From the NCBI RefSeq assembly GCF_001194135.2, contig NC_068994.1, positions 47,100,639 to 47,135,126 on the forward strand: a stretch of DNA of 34,488 nt, given 5' to 3'. Numbering within the stretch: the stretch's first letter is position 1; the number at the start of each line of letters is the position of its first letter. The notes under the pieces were generated by a model. The model ran no database searches, was not told the origin of the DNA, and saw only the letters and a program-made list of their open reading frames with translations. Source of the stretch: Octopus bimaculoides (Eukaryota). Below, piece after piece: positions 1 to 10,579 of this stretch. Position numbers and translations under genes: made by a program.

Positions 1-270
1 GTATTATTATATTAAATCAAAAAAAAAAAATATTAAATATTAAAAAAATTTTTTAATTCTATTATTGCTAAATTACATTAATGCAAAATTTCATTAGCAC
101 ATAATTATATGATTACAAAATTGTGTTAATAAAAGAGGCTTAATATATTGATTTAAAAAAAAAAAAAGTTCTGCTAATTGCATAATTGTATCAATACAAA
201 TGTTGTAATAACTTGAAATTTTATTGAGAGTAAATTGGACCACAACAAATGGCTGGATGATAATGTCGCA

Positions 271-593
271 GCAGTAGTAGTAGTGGTGGTGGTAGTAGTA
301 GTGGTAGTAGTAGTAGTAGTAGTAGTAGAAAGAGCAAAGCAACTAACGTTTCATCCAATGATTAAAATGGGTCTTTTTTCTGTTGTTGTTGTTGTTGTTG
401 TTGTTGTTTTCTTTTTCAAACCAGTAAAACAGAAATTATATGAAATTTCTTTTGCGTGTGTTTGTGGTTTCTTGTTCTGCATTTTTGTAAACTGGTAAAT
501 TGTACATTGTGTAAGTATAATTATTGAAGAATGGATAAGCCTACTCAAAATTTTGTTCTATAACCCCCACCACCACCACCACCACCCACCTCT

Positions 594-630
<37 letters not shown>
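271..630. repeat. Microsatellite cluster (GTA/GTG)n, (GTT)n, (CAC)n, (CT)n; many similar tracts throughout the window
   Basis: Read directly. Confidence 0.95.
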
Positions 631-632
<2 letters not shown>

Positions 633-1391
633 CCACCCCAACACCAAAACTAAATTCTGTTCTCTGAAGCAGGCCAATACATCTAACCTCATTCGTCATG
701 GTTGTTTGGTTCCCCTCAAAAACTCCTTGTGTTAAATGAACCGGTGACAAATGAGTAACAGAACATACATGAGATTAAGATAGGGTAGTCATCACATGAT
801 GTAATCCCCTATCATGCCATATTCCTGTTGTAGTGGGAATAAACTTAACTTCATCTCTGCCAGCTTCCCAGTAAAGTGGTGATGAACAACACACACAGAA
901 AAAGAAGATGCAGCCATTTCTGTCCTTTAGTTTGCTTGCAATCATTATTCCTGAGCTGTATATGTAGCTACTTCTTATTTTGCTCAGAGGCCAGGTGGAG
1001 GATGAATTTAGACACAGGGGCTCACTCAGGTCTGAGAGGGTTAATACAGATATGGGAAACTTCAGTTTATCTCTGTCTTGCTTAGGGCTGCTCACCCACC
1101 CATTTCACAAATCTAACGTGATTCTATATGAAGGTGAAAATTAAATGATTATTGTGCAAGATGATTTAAATAGCGATTAATTAATTAGCTGTACTATTAC
1201 ATTGAAAATGAAATATTCATTAAAATCCCATCCTCTACAAGTAGATAAGTATGTATTTTTTTACACGTCAGTGACCATGTGTGTGTGTGGTTTGTATTTT
1301 CCTTTTAATCCACAGTGAATTCACAGATTACAATAATTCTCCACTCCTAAACAATATTTCAAGCCAATGAAGTTACACATATTCCTTTTAT

Positions 1392-1604
1392 TCTTTTACT
1401 TGTTTCAGTCATTTGACTGAGGCCATGCTGGAGCACTGCCTTAAAGGGTTTTTAGTTACAGAAATCAACCCCAGGACTTATTTTTTTGTAAGCCTAGTAC
1501 TTATTCTATCCGTCTCTTTTGCTGAACCGCTAAGTTATGGGGACATAAGCTCACCAATATCGGTTGTCAAGTGATGTGGGGTGGCAAACATAGACACAGA
1601 CATA
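1392..1604 (-). mobile_element. tRNA-derived SINE (family A), 3' part
   Basis: Similar to 32055-32230 (CCCAGGACTTATT...GAACCGCTA...CGGTTG). Confidence 0.75.
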
Positions 1605-1772
1605 CACTCTCTGAGTGGTTGGCGTTAGCAAGGGCATCCAGCTGTAGAAACTCTGCCAAATTTAGATTGGAGACTGGTGTTGCCATCCGGTTTCACCAGT
1701 CCTCAGTCAAGTTGTCCAACCCATGCTAGCATGGAAAGCGAACGTTAAACGATGATGATGATGATGATGATG
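1605..1772 (+). mobile_element. (GAT)n-tailed retroposon (family C), 3' part
   Basis: Ends CCATGCTAGCATGGAAAGCGAACGTTAAAC(GAT)n; only about 6 mismatches in about 150 bp against the inverted copy at 24765-24993. Confidence 0.85.
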
Positions 1773-1783
1773 ATATATATATA

Positions 1784-2485
1784 NNNNNNNNNNNNNNNNN
1801 NNNNNNNNNNNNNNNNNNNNNNNNNNNNNNNNNNNNNNNNNNNNNNNNNNNNNNNNNNNNNNNNNNNNNNNNNNNNNNNNNNNNNNNNNNNNNNNNNNNN
1901 NNNNNNNNNNNNNNNNNNNNNNNNNNNNNNNNNNNNNNNNNNNNNNNNNNNNNNNNNNNNNNNNNNNNNNNNNNNNNNNNNNNNNNNNNNNNNNNNNNNN
2001 NNNNNNNNNNNNNNNNNNNNNNNNNNNNNNNNNNNNNNNNNNNNNNNNNNNNNNNNNNNNNNNNNNNNNNNNNNNNNNNNNNNNNNNNNNNNNNNNNNNN
2101 NNNNNNNNNNNNNNNNNNNNNNNNNNNNNNNNNNNNNNNNNNNNNNNNNNNNNNNNNNNNNNNNNNNNNNNNNNNNNNNNNNNNNNNNNNNNNNNNNNNN
2201 NNNNNNNNNNNNNNNNNNNNNNNNNNNNNNNNNNNNNNNNNNNNNNNNNNNNNNNNNNNNNNNNNNNNNNNNNNNNNNNNNNNNNNNNNNNNNNNNNNNN
2301 NNNNNNNNNNNNNNNNNNNNNNNNNNNNNNNNNNNNNNNNNNNNNNNNNNNNNNNNNNNNNNNNNNNNNNNNNNNNNNNNNNNNNNNNNNNNNNNNNNNN
2401 NNNNNNNNNNNNNNNNNNNNNNNNNNNNNNNNNNNNNNNNNNNNNNNNNNNNNNNNNNNNNNNNNNNNNNNNNNNNNNNNNNNNN
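1784..2485. other. Assembly gap (other gaps: 10307-10316, 12175-12316, 13408-13574, 16336-16345, 29321-29330, 31990-32054)
   Basis: Runs of N. Confidence 1.
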
Positions 2486-2712
2486 TAACAATACAAAGTT
2501 CATACAAAGCTTTATACTTTAAATATATTTTATCATCAAAGAATGTATATATGCATTTTAATACTCGAACTGTTTTTTAACATTTTTTATTATTCTCAAA
2601 GACTTTTGATAATCTTTTTCTAAAAAAGTGAAACCGGTTAAGTAAATAAATATTTTTAAAAAATAAGTGCATTTTCAAACCTTCTTTCATATATATACAT
2701 ATTTATTAAATA

Positions 2713-2864
2713 GGCTCCTTTCAGTTTCCACCTGCCAAATCCACTCACAGGGCTTTGGTCGGTCTGAGGCTAAAGTAGAAGACACTTGCCCAAGGTGCCA
2801 TGCGGTGGGACTGATCCCAGAACCATGTGGTTGTGAAGCAAGCTTCTTACCACACAACTATGCC
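2713..2864 (-). mobile_element. tRNA-derived SINE (family A), 5' head; similar copy at 8151-8298
   Basis: Degenerate A and B boxes followed by the GGGCAAGTGTCTTCTACT core; repeated in the window. Confidence 0.75.
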
Positions 2865-3224
2865 TTTTGTTATTTATTGGAAGCGATACTACTACTGCTA
2901 TTTAATGAACATGTAGTTCATTATATATCCATCCATCTATCTATCTACCTACCACATACTGTTTCCTCCCACCTCTCCTCCTCTCTTCAACACATGTTTT
3001 CTTTATCTCTTTCACTGGTGCTCATTAAAAATAGTCTGTGTAGTTGTTTTTGTTTTGTTTTGTTTCTTCTTGTTGTTATATACTTCAGTATTTTTCCGTA
3101 GCTGACTTGTTCCCGCCCCATCCTGATATTACTATATGTCTGAGAAAATATATGAGCAATTTCTACCATGTATATATCTAAAATAACATCAATGTTTGTA
3201 TCTTTATATTTGTTTTTTAACCAG

Positions 3225-3263
3225 GGAATAGCAATCAGTTACCTCCCCTGACAAACCAACCAC
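3225..3263 (+). CDS. SMAD4: SMAD4/Medea 39-nt linker micro-exon, (W)NSNQLPPLTNQP(P)
   Basis: Acceptor ttttttaaccAG and donor GTAAGT. Phase 1/1, in frame with the next exon. The peptide parallels human NELAFQPPISNHPA just before PEYWC. Not in the ORF track; read manually. Confidence 0.8.
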
Positions 3264-3771
3264 GTAAGTTTGATATTTTTTTTTCATATTCACTATCATC
3301 ATCATCATCATGGTCACGTTTTCAATATTGCTTTAATTATAATTGTATAGTTACCGAAATATGTATGTAATGTGGTGTGAGTGTGTCTGTCTTCTTTCTC
3401 TCTCTCTCTCTCTCTCTCTATGTTTTATTTATACCTGTGTGTGAGATTATTTCTTCCTTTCTTTTAAGTCTCTCTCTCTCTCTCCTCACACACACACACA
3501 CACACATAGTAAAGTTTATTTGCCACCAGGAGGTAGCAGTCCTATAAAGGACATGTGTGTGTGTGAGAGAGTGAGAGATGGTTTCTTGATAAACAGCATC
3601 AATTTTTACAGTTCTGTAAATAATAATAATAATAATAATAGTATTTTATAAGCTTGAAGCTTATAAGTGATTACTGTGCAATGACTAAAGAAACTGGTCT
3701 AATAATGGGGCATATAAAACCTCGACAGAAAAAAGTATGTTTTCCTGTACTGTACCACAAACGTTGCTTAG

Positions 3772-3989
3772 CCCTTTAGCATTCAGATGACTCTGTCAAG
3801 TGTAATGCTTATCATTCACTTTGCTTTGAATTAATCACACATTATCTTTTAACCTCTATATTTCAATAATGTGACTGCTTAGAATGATATTGTAGGGTAA
3901 GTTTGAAATGTGATTGGCCATATTTGGCTGGTTTGAATATAAAACAGGTGAACTTACAGCCTGATATGGCCAGTTTAAATGCTAAAGAG
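3772..3989 (+). mobile_element. piggyBac-type MITE, family 1 (diverged copy)
   Basis: CCCTTTAGCATT...AATGCTAAAGAG ends; internal similarity to 31713-31933. Confidence 0.75.
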
Positions 3990-4242
3990 ATAAGCTTTCT
4001 ATATATATGCTTCAGCTCACAGAACAGATGCATTACACACATTTGTACAACTCTTGGCTCGGCTATATTTCCCTAAACAATAGAAACAACATATAAGCAT
4101 TCTAATCGATACCTCTAATAGTTGTGCCAATCCAGCATAGAGACTCTGGAAGGATGAACAGCAGAATTTACCTTGGCTGGATTTGAACTCAGAACTCAAG
4201 GCACTTCATCCGGTGCTCTCATGACTCTGCCAATTCTCTGCT

Positions 4243-4557
4243 TTGTTGTTGTTGTTGTTTGTTCTTTCTCGAGCCATGCCTGGCTTATACGGGCCAGTTT
4301 CCCAGTTTCGTTGGCATGTAGGCTCCGCACCTGGATGGGATGCTGGTCCATCGCAGGTGAGCTGTTAGATGCAGGAGGAAAGAGTGAGAGACAGTTGTGG
4401 TGAAAGAGTCAGCAGAAGTTCACCCTTACCTTCTGCTGGAGCCGCATGGAGCTTAGTGTTTCGCTCATAAACACACACATCACTCGGTTTGATATTGGAA
4501 CCTGCGATCCCTTGACAGTGAGTCCACTACTCTAACCACTAGACCATGTGCCTCCAC
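4243..4557 (-). mobile_element. tRNA-derived SINE with (AAC)n tail
   Basis: Head GTGGAGGCACATGGTCTAGTGGTTAGAG (A box), degenerate B box GGTTCCAATATC, simple-repeat tail. Confidence 0.75.
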
Positions 4558-5856
4558 AATTCTCTGCCTTACTGACATGACATTCATCATCATCATCATC
4601 ATCATCATTATTGTGTGTCTGCTTATGATACTGCTATGGTTTGGGCAATTCAAAAAGATCTGATGAGCCAGAGGACTGTGTCAAGCTCCAATATTTGCTT
4701 TGGCATGGCTCCTATGGTTAGATGCCAATCCTAACGCTAACTAGTTTTCAGAGTGTCTTGGATGCGTTGGTCATGGCACCAGTACTAGTGAGGTCACCAA
4801 GTAACTTGCAAAAGAAATCCCTTTGATAGAACGGAGGGGTAGTGGGGAGGGAGGTGGTTTTAATGGTAGGTGTTGAGAGGTTAAAAGATGTTAGGGGTAC
4901 AGGAATAGGTTTCTTGCTAGAGAGGAAACATGACTATCCTTCATTACGTAAGGGTGGATGGGAGCAACTGTGAAAAATATATATTGTCTGTAACAAAGTT
5001 TAGAAAACAAGTTTTACCTTGAAAATCGAGTAATCTCTCATTACCGACATGAAATGGAAGATGAGTTCGTTAATCCAGTCTGTTAAAGAGATTATTGTTA
5101 GCAAAATGAAACTAGAATACATCAACAGCTGGCTAATGTCAATAAAATGATTAATGAACCAATTGTTGAGTCACCACCAAGACCATCACTGACATCATCA
5201 TCATCATCATCATCACCATCACAAGTACATTTTATGTGGCACTGGCACCTGCAAGACAAAGACTTCCCAGCTAGGAGAGTGAGTAGGGGGCATGACCATA
5301 ACAGACATGCCCCTACTCACATATTGTTTGAAATAAAGGGGGATGGTCGTGGATGTAATGCTTTGAATTTATATCTTTGCTATTTTTTCACACCACACAA
5401 GTGTATTATACTATATTCCAATACATATTGTTAACTTCACATCTCGAAAATAATAAGGTGTCTGAATGCTTCTACCAGGAGTCTTGTCTGCTAAACAACA
5501 ACATGTTACACTTCCTCGTAAACGAAAGTTTTTTGTACATTTTCTGAAAACTAGGTGAGATGGTCGTTTTACGAATGCGTTGACTAAACTACTGTTTGCT
5601 TACACCAACTATAATATGCTATCCTCTTTTCTATGGTACACCTTCATACAAACTCTAGACTGAAGCGTCCTGAATATGTTTTCTGAAAATTTGGTGAGAT
5701 GGTCATTGTTGGAATGTTTTGATTAAGTGACTGTTTGCTACACACCAACAATAATATGTCGTCCCTTTTCTGCAGTACTCCTTCATACACGGTGTAAACT
5801 CAAAAGTCCTCTCTCGTCGTAATAAAATATTCTCTTTCTTCTCCTTCAAACTGCAG

Positions 5857-6040
5857 CTCCAGAGTTTTGGTGTACCATTACCTACTTTGAACTGGACCAA
5901 CAAGTCGGTGAAACCTTCAAAGTTCCTTCAGGGTGTCCAAGTGTTAAAGTAGATGGCTACACTGACCCATCAAGTATTGACCGGTTTTGTCTTGGTCAAC
6001 TGTCCAACGTACATCGGACTGAAGCTTCAGAACGTGCTCG
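5857..6040 (+). CDS. SMAD4: SMAD4 MH2 exon [60 protein letters not shown](R)
   Basis: ctgcAG / GTAAGT boundaries, 184 nt. Contains the unmistakable MH2 start motifs VDGY and DRFCLG. Confidence 0.97.
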
Positions 6041-6130
6041 GTAAGTGAAACAGAAAAGAAGCACCTTGCCTGCTTCGGCATCTTTGTTTAAAATAAGGCA
6101 TCCTATATATCACTATTCCTTATTCTACCT

Positions 6131-6283
6131 CTCTCTACCCATTTGATATAAGCGTTCAGATCTCTACCCATTTGATATAAGCTTTCAGATCTCTCTACCC
6201 ATTTGATATAAGCTTTCAGATCTCTCTACCCATTTGATATAAGCTTTCAGATCTCTCTACCCATTTGATATAAGCTTTCAGAT
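6131..6283 (+). repeat. Minisatellite, 5 x 31 bp (CTCTCTACCCATTTGATATAAGCTTTCAGAT)
   Basis: Read directly; copy 1 has one substitution and copy 2 lacks 2 nt. Confidence 0.95.
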
Positions 6284-6859
6284 CTCTTCCCAGTCTATTT
6301 GGGATTTATTTTGAGGGCTAAAATTCTAGCCATCCAAAATAGATAAAATCACTAGCAGTAACATATTGAGAGCAAGTTAGTCAGCTTGAACCTAACCCAC
6401 TTTTCTTACAAATTTGTGGTCTGATGTAAAAATTAGAAACTGTCATTGCTATCCAAAGTTGTAAGTCAGTTTTGTTATTTATTGGCCAAAACAATGGTGT
6501 GCCAAGTCAAATGTCCTATAATCAGGGCTTATGAGAGTGTGTGGAGGGGACAGAGATCAAAAAAGAGCCTAGGCAGCCAAGAAGACGTTCTAGGTATTTC
6601 TGGTGGGGAAGAGGGACTCTACCTTTTGAAATTACTTTTGGAGGACTACAGAACTGTGTCCCCATTAGTTTTTGGGTTCAGATCCTGCCAGGATTTTTTC
6701 TTTTTAACTTTTATTACTTCAGTATTGATGCATATTGAATCAGTAAAGTACTATTTAATCAATTAAACATATCCTCAAAACATTTCTGGGTCAGTAATAC
6801 ATATTAATGTTGTTGTTGTTGTTGTTAAAGGAAAATTGGCAAAATTAGTTGTCAATGAA

Positions 6860-7145
6860 CAACTAGACAATGTGACATCATAACAATCAACAGCGTAACA
6901 TCATAATGTTTGATAGTATGACACTATAACAATGGACAGTATAATACCATGACATTCAACATTGCGACATCATAATGTTTGACACTGTAACAATGGACAG
7001 TGTTACACCATAACATTCAACATTGTGACATCATAATATTTGACAGCTCGACACTGTAACAATCGACAGTGTAACACTAAAGCAGTCATCAGTGTGACAT
7101 TATAACAGTCAGTAGTGTAATACATAAAATTTGATGGTATAACAT
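6860..7145. repeat. Degenerate tandem repeat of about 61-69 bp
   Basis: Recurring ACACTRTAACAATSGACAGTRT and CATCATAAT units. Confidence 0.75.
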
Positions 7146-7326
7146 CATTACAGTCAATAGTGCAATAGAGGAAGATATGAATTAAGGAAGAATTGGCTGC
7201 TTGCAATAGAAGCCTAATCTTTTCAAATAACATCCTACATTCTTTAAAAAAAAAATGCACATTGTACCAAATAGGATGTTTATGGCTGCTTGATCAGAAC
7301 TGACCTCAATCAGATCAGACCAACAA

Positions 7327-7431
7327 CATCATCATCATCATCATCATCGTTTAACGTCCGCTCTCCATGCTAGCATGGGTTGAACGATTTGACTGAGGAC
7401 TGGTGAAACCGGATGGCAACACCAGGCTCCA
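7327..7431 (-). mobile_element. Family C 3' fragment (other minus-strand fragments at about 4580-4830, 7984-8140 and 19730-19800)
   Basis: (CAT)n followed by CGTTTAACGTCCGC..CCATGCTAGCATGG. Confidence 0.8.
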
Positions 7432-7586
7432 GTGTAATTATATAACAGCCAGCTGTCTCCCTTTGTGAATGTAACTTTACCCATCTTCCATTCATCACCA
7501 TGTTTCCTGCCTTCTCTGTAATGTTCCTGTTGTGTCCTCAATCCTCATTCCTCCTGGTAATGGTTCCCTACATGTTACATTTACAG

Positions 7587-7755
7587 GTTACACATAGGCA
7601 AAGGTGTACAGCTGGATTGTCGGGGTGAAGGTGACGTCTGGATTAAATGTCTAAGTGATCATAGTGTGTTTGTGCAATCATATTACCTCGACAGGGAGGC
7701 TGGTCGAGCTCCAGGTGATGCTGTCCACAAGATATATCCTGTAGCATATATCAAA
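7587..7755 (+). CDS. SMAD4: SMAD4 MH2 exon [56 protein letters not shown]
   Basis: ttacAG / GTAAGT boundaries, 169 nt. Near-identical to the vertebrate SMAD4 segment [20 protein letters not shown]. Confidence 0.98.
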
Positions 7756-8376
7756 GTAAGTATTCTCTTGGCTCTTGGGACATCATATTGTACTCTACTA
7801 ATATAATAGGTTGAATGTAATGCATAGCATGTCATATCTTCAGCAATATATATATATATATGCGCGCGCACATACACACACATGTATTCATTGTGTTGCT
7901 CACAAATAACACTCATACACATATACGAATTAATATGGCGCATACACAGCAAGGCTCACATAGTAATATATTTATACATATACACCATCATCATCATCCT
8001 TATCATCATCATATAACGTCCGCTTTCCATGCTGGCATGGGTTTGACAGTTTAAAATAGAGCTGGCGAGCAGGGAGCTGTCCAGATTTCAGTTGTCTATT
8101 ATGGCTTGGATTGGATTGTATGGCTGGGTGCCCTTCCTTATGTACAACAAGCTTATTTCAGTATCTGTCTACCAGATCCACTTGCAAGGCTTTGATCAGC
8201 CCAGAGCTATAGTAGAAGGTGCTTGTCCACGGTACCATGCAGTGGGACTGAACCTGAAAACTTACAATTGAGAAGCAATCTTCTTAACCACACAGCCACC
8301 CTTGTACCTATACACATACACAAAAATCACGCACGCACACACAGAGTGACATTAGTCTCTTATTTTCTCTTTGAAG

Positions 8377-8515
8377 GTATTCGATATACGACAGTGTCAT
8401 TGTCAGATGCAACAGCAAGCAGCCACTGCTCAAGCCGCAGCAGCTGCACAAGCAGCAGCCGTCGCAGGTAATGTGCCAGGGCCTGCTTCTGTTGGTGGTA
8501 TTGCTCCTGCTGTAG
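8377..8515 (+). CDS. SMAD4: SMAD4 exon [46 protein letters not shown](G), the co-Smad-specific Gln/Ala insert
   Basis: ttgaAG / GTAAGT boundaries, 139 nt. The [20 protein letters not shown] insert is diagnostic of co-Smads and absent from R-Smads. Confidence 0.97.
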
Positions 8516-8712
8516 GTAAGTATCAAGGTGCTTTATGATGCACCTTTCATGTTTATACCTGACCTGTACAATCTCCACCCCCAAATCAACAAGACATTAA
8601 TTAGCAAATGTGTGAGAACTGTATTGATAACGCAATATCTCAGGTGTGATATTTTTTTTTTCTTCACAGGATATTCATTAGGAAGTGAGGTATTTTTAAT
8701 GTAGTTTTTTAA

Positions 8713-8934
8713 CCCTTTTGTTACCATATTTCTGTTAAGATGCTCTGTGTTTCTTTCAGTTAACTTCAAATATAACAAAGAATTTAGTAAAATAACTTAA
8801 TTATCATTTAGCTAGTGTTAGGAACATAAATTGAGACTAAGGTTTGGTGAAAGATTTTAATTCAAAACTTTTGAAAATAAGATATTTGTACGACAGAACC
8901 AGAGGCTGTTTCAGCCGGGTTGGTACCAAAAGGG
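8713..8934. mobile_element. piggyBac-type MITE, family 2, in the last SMAD4 intron
   Basis: TTAA-CCCTTTTGTTACCA...TGGTACCAAAAGGG-TTAA (TIRs match at 13 of 14 positions). Confidence 0.85.
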
Positions 8935-9173
8935 TTAAATTGTGAGTGAAACTTCCTTGGCATATTTCACTCATTAACTCATGAGTGGAACTTTCTGGTG
9001 TGAACTCATGAGTGAACATTCACGCTCATGCCTATTGGATGAAACACTGGGGTCAATGTAATCAACTATTCCCCCCCCCCCCTCAAAAAAATTCAGGCTT
9101 TGTGCCTATAGTAGACAGAATTATTATTATTATTAGAAACAGTCATTATTAATGTTATTTCTTTTCTCTGCAG

Positions 9174-9403
9174 GTTTATCTGCTGTGGCTGGGATAGGGG
9201 TCGATGATCTACGTCGCCTGTGCATCCTGCGATTAAGTTTTGTGAAAGGCTGGGGCCCCGACTACCCACGCGCTAGCATCAAAGAGACGCCCTGCTGGAT
9301 TGAAGTGCAACTCCACCGACCTCTACAGTTACTTGACCAAGTCCTGCAAGCTATGCCACTTAGTGATCCTCGACCGACTCGACTGATTCCATGGATGAAT
9401 TGA
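9174..9403 (+). CDS. SMAD4: SMAD4 last coding exon [75 protein letters not shown]
   Basis: Acceptor tttctctgcAG. SFVKGWG..Y.R..I..TPCWIE motif present; no C-terminal SSXS, consistent with a co-Smad. The last residues are affected by an apparent frameshift (see findings). Confidence 0.96.
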
Positions 9404-9449
9404 TTGGTTGGTCGATTTATTGAACATCCTTCCATTGACTCCATCTCTC

Positions 9450-9520
9450 CCACCACCACCACCACCACCCCTCCAACTCTTCCTCGTTACCCACACACAC
9501 ATACGTACATACACACACAC

Positions 9521-9552
<32 letters not shown>

Positions 9553-9810
9553 CACATATATATATCATATATATGTCATATATATATGTCATATACACAA
9601 ACAAACACACACACAATCATATGAATATGGTTTCAAATAAACAATTACAATAACAACAACAACAACAACAGCAACAACTGTTACTATAACTGCAGCAGCA
9701 GTTCCAACAACAGTAACAACTATTATTACTACGACTACTACTACTACTACTATTAGTACAATAAACTGCAACTGATATTACAATAACGACTACTGCATCA
9801 ACAACAATAA
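9450..9810 (+). repeat. Microsatellite-rich proximal SMAD4 3' region: (CAC)n, (AC/AT)n, (AAC)n, (ACT)n; AATAAA at 9636 and 9760
   Basis: Read directly; use of the poly(A) signals is unverified. Confidence 0.8.
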
Positions 9811-10316
9811 TACATTCGAAAATTAAAATAAAATTAAAGAAAACGTAAAAGAAAAAGAAACGCTCTCTTTCTGGTGTCTCCTCATTATTTTTTTAAATGA
9901 CTGGGTTTTCTTTGTTTCCAGGGAGCATGGGTGTGGGTCCTTTGTGTGTCTGTTTAACTGTCTCTTCTTGTTTGTGTAAGCATGTCAATATATCTGTTTA
10001 TTTGCCTCTGTGCATTTGTATGTCTGTTGATCTGTGTGCTTGTTTGTGTGTATATGTATGTATCTGTAATTTTTGTGTCTATGTATGTGTGTGTGTGTGT
10101 GTGTTTTTTTTAGTGTCAGTCTACATATGCATTTGTCTATTTTCCTTTCTTTCTACTTTTATATAGACTGGTTTGTAGAATCTGTCTATCTATAAGTTTA
10201 TCTGTCTCAAAACCCTCTATCTTTCTATCAAAATATTTCTCTTATTTCTCAGTGCTAAATGTGTGTGTGCATTTATTTATTAGTCTCTCTCTCTCTCTCT
10301 CTCTCTNNNNNNNNNN

Positions 10317-10351
<35 letters not shown>

Positions 10352-10379
10352 CTGAAGTGTTATATCCATTATGGCCAAT

Positions 10380-10579
10380 CTTACCAGTCATTTTCGTGCT
10401 AGCCATTCAATGGAGTGTTAAGTAACAATCTGATTATGTAACCCTGCTCTCACCTCCAACAACAGAGAGCTGGCACCATATTCCATTCCATAACAGCAAT
10501 CTCTGATGGGCACAGGGTTACATAATCAGATTATTAATTAACATTCCATTAAATCCCAAGTGTGAAACTGATTGATAAG
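10380..10579. repeat. Long inverted repeat (foldback)
   Basis: 10409-10446 versus 10513-10550: 38 bp with 3 mismatches and the inner 20 bp perfect; weaker pairing extends 29 bp further. Confidence 0.85.

Noticed and set aside
94-750. Poly-V, poly-Y, poly-T and RE-repeat ORFs (similar at 9404-9771, 9897-10166, 19424-19801)
   Set aside because: These are translations of microsatellites with no splice or homology support.
985-1120. Plus-strand peptide QVEDEFRHRGSLRSERVNTDMGNFSLSL resembling an Ig V-set GNFSL strand, and possible SMAD4 linker exon
   Set aside because: No DxGxYxC motif or B-strand Cys, stops flank the frame, and there is no suitable phase-1 donor. The preceding SMAD4 exon probably lies upstream of the window or in the 1784-2485 gap.
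1707-2522. Long ORFs of about 250 aa in the ORF track (also 12125-12415 and 13240-13668)
   Set aside because: They consist of X residues from assembly gaps.
4659-4690. CTGATGA as a hammerhead core
   Set aside because: No downstream GAAA or helix II; it lies within a family C retroposon.
6131-7145. Repeat arrays considered as CRISPR-like
   Set aside because: Head-to-tail tandem units without unique spacers, eukaryotic intron context, and no cas genes.
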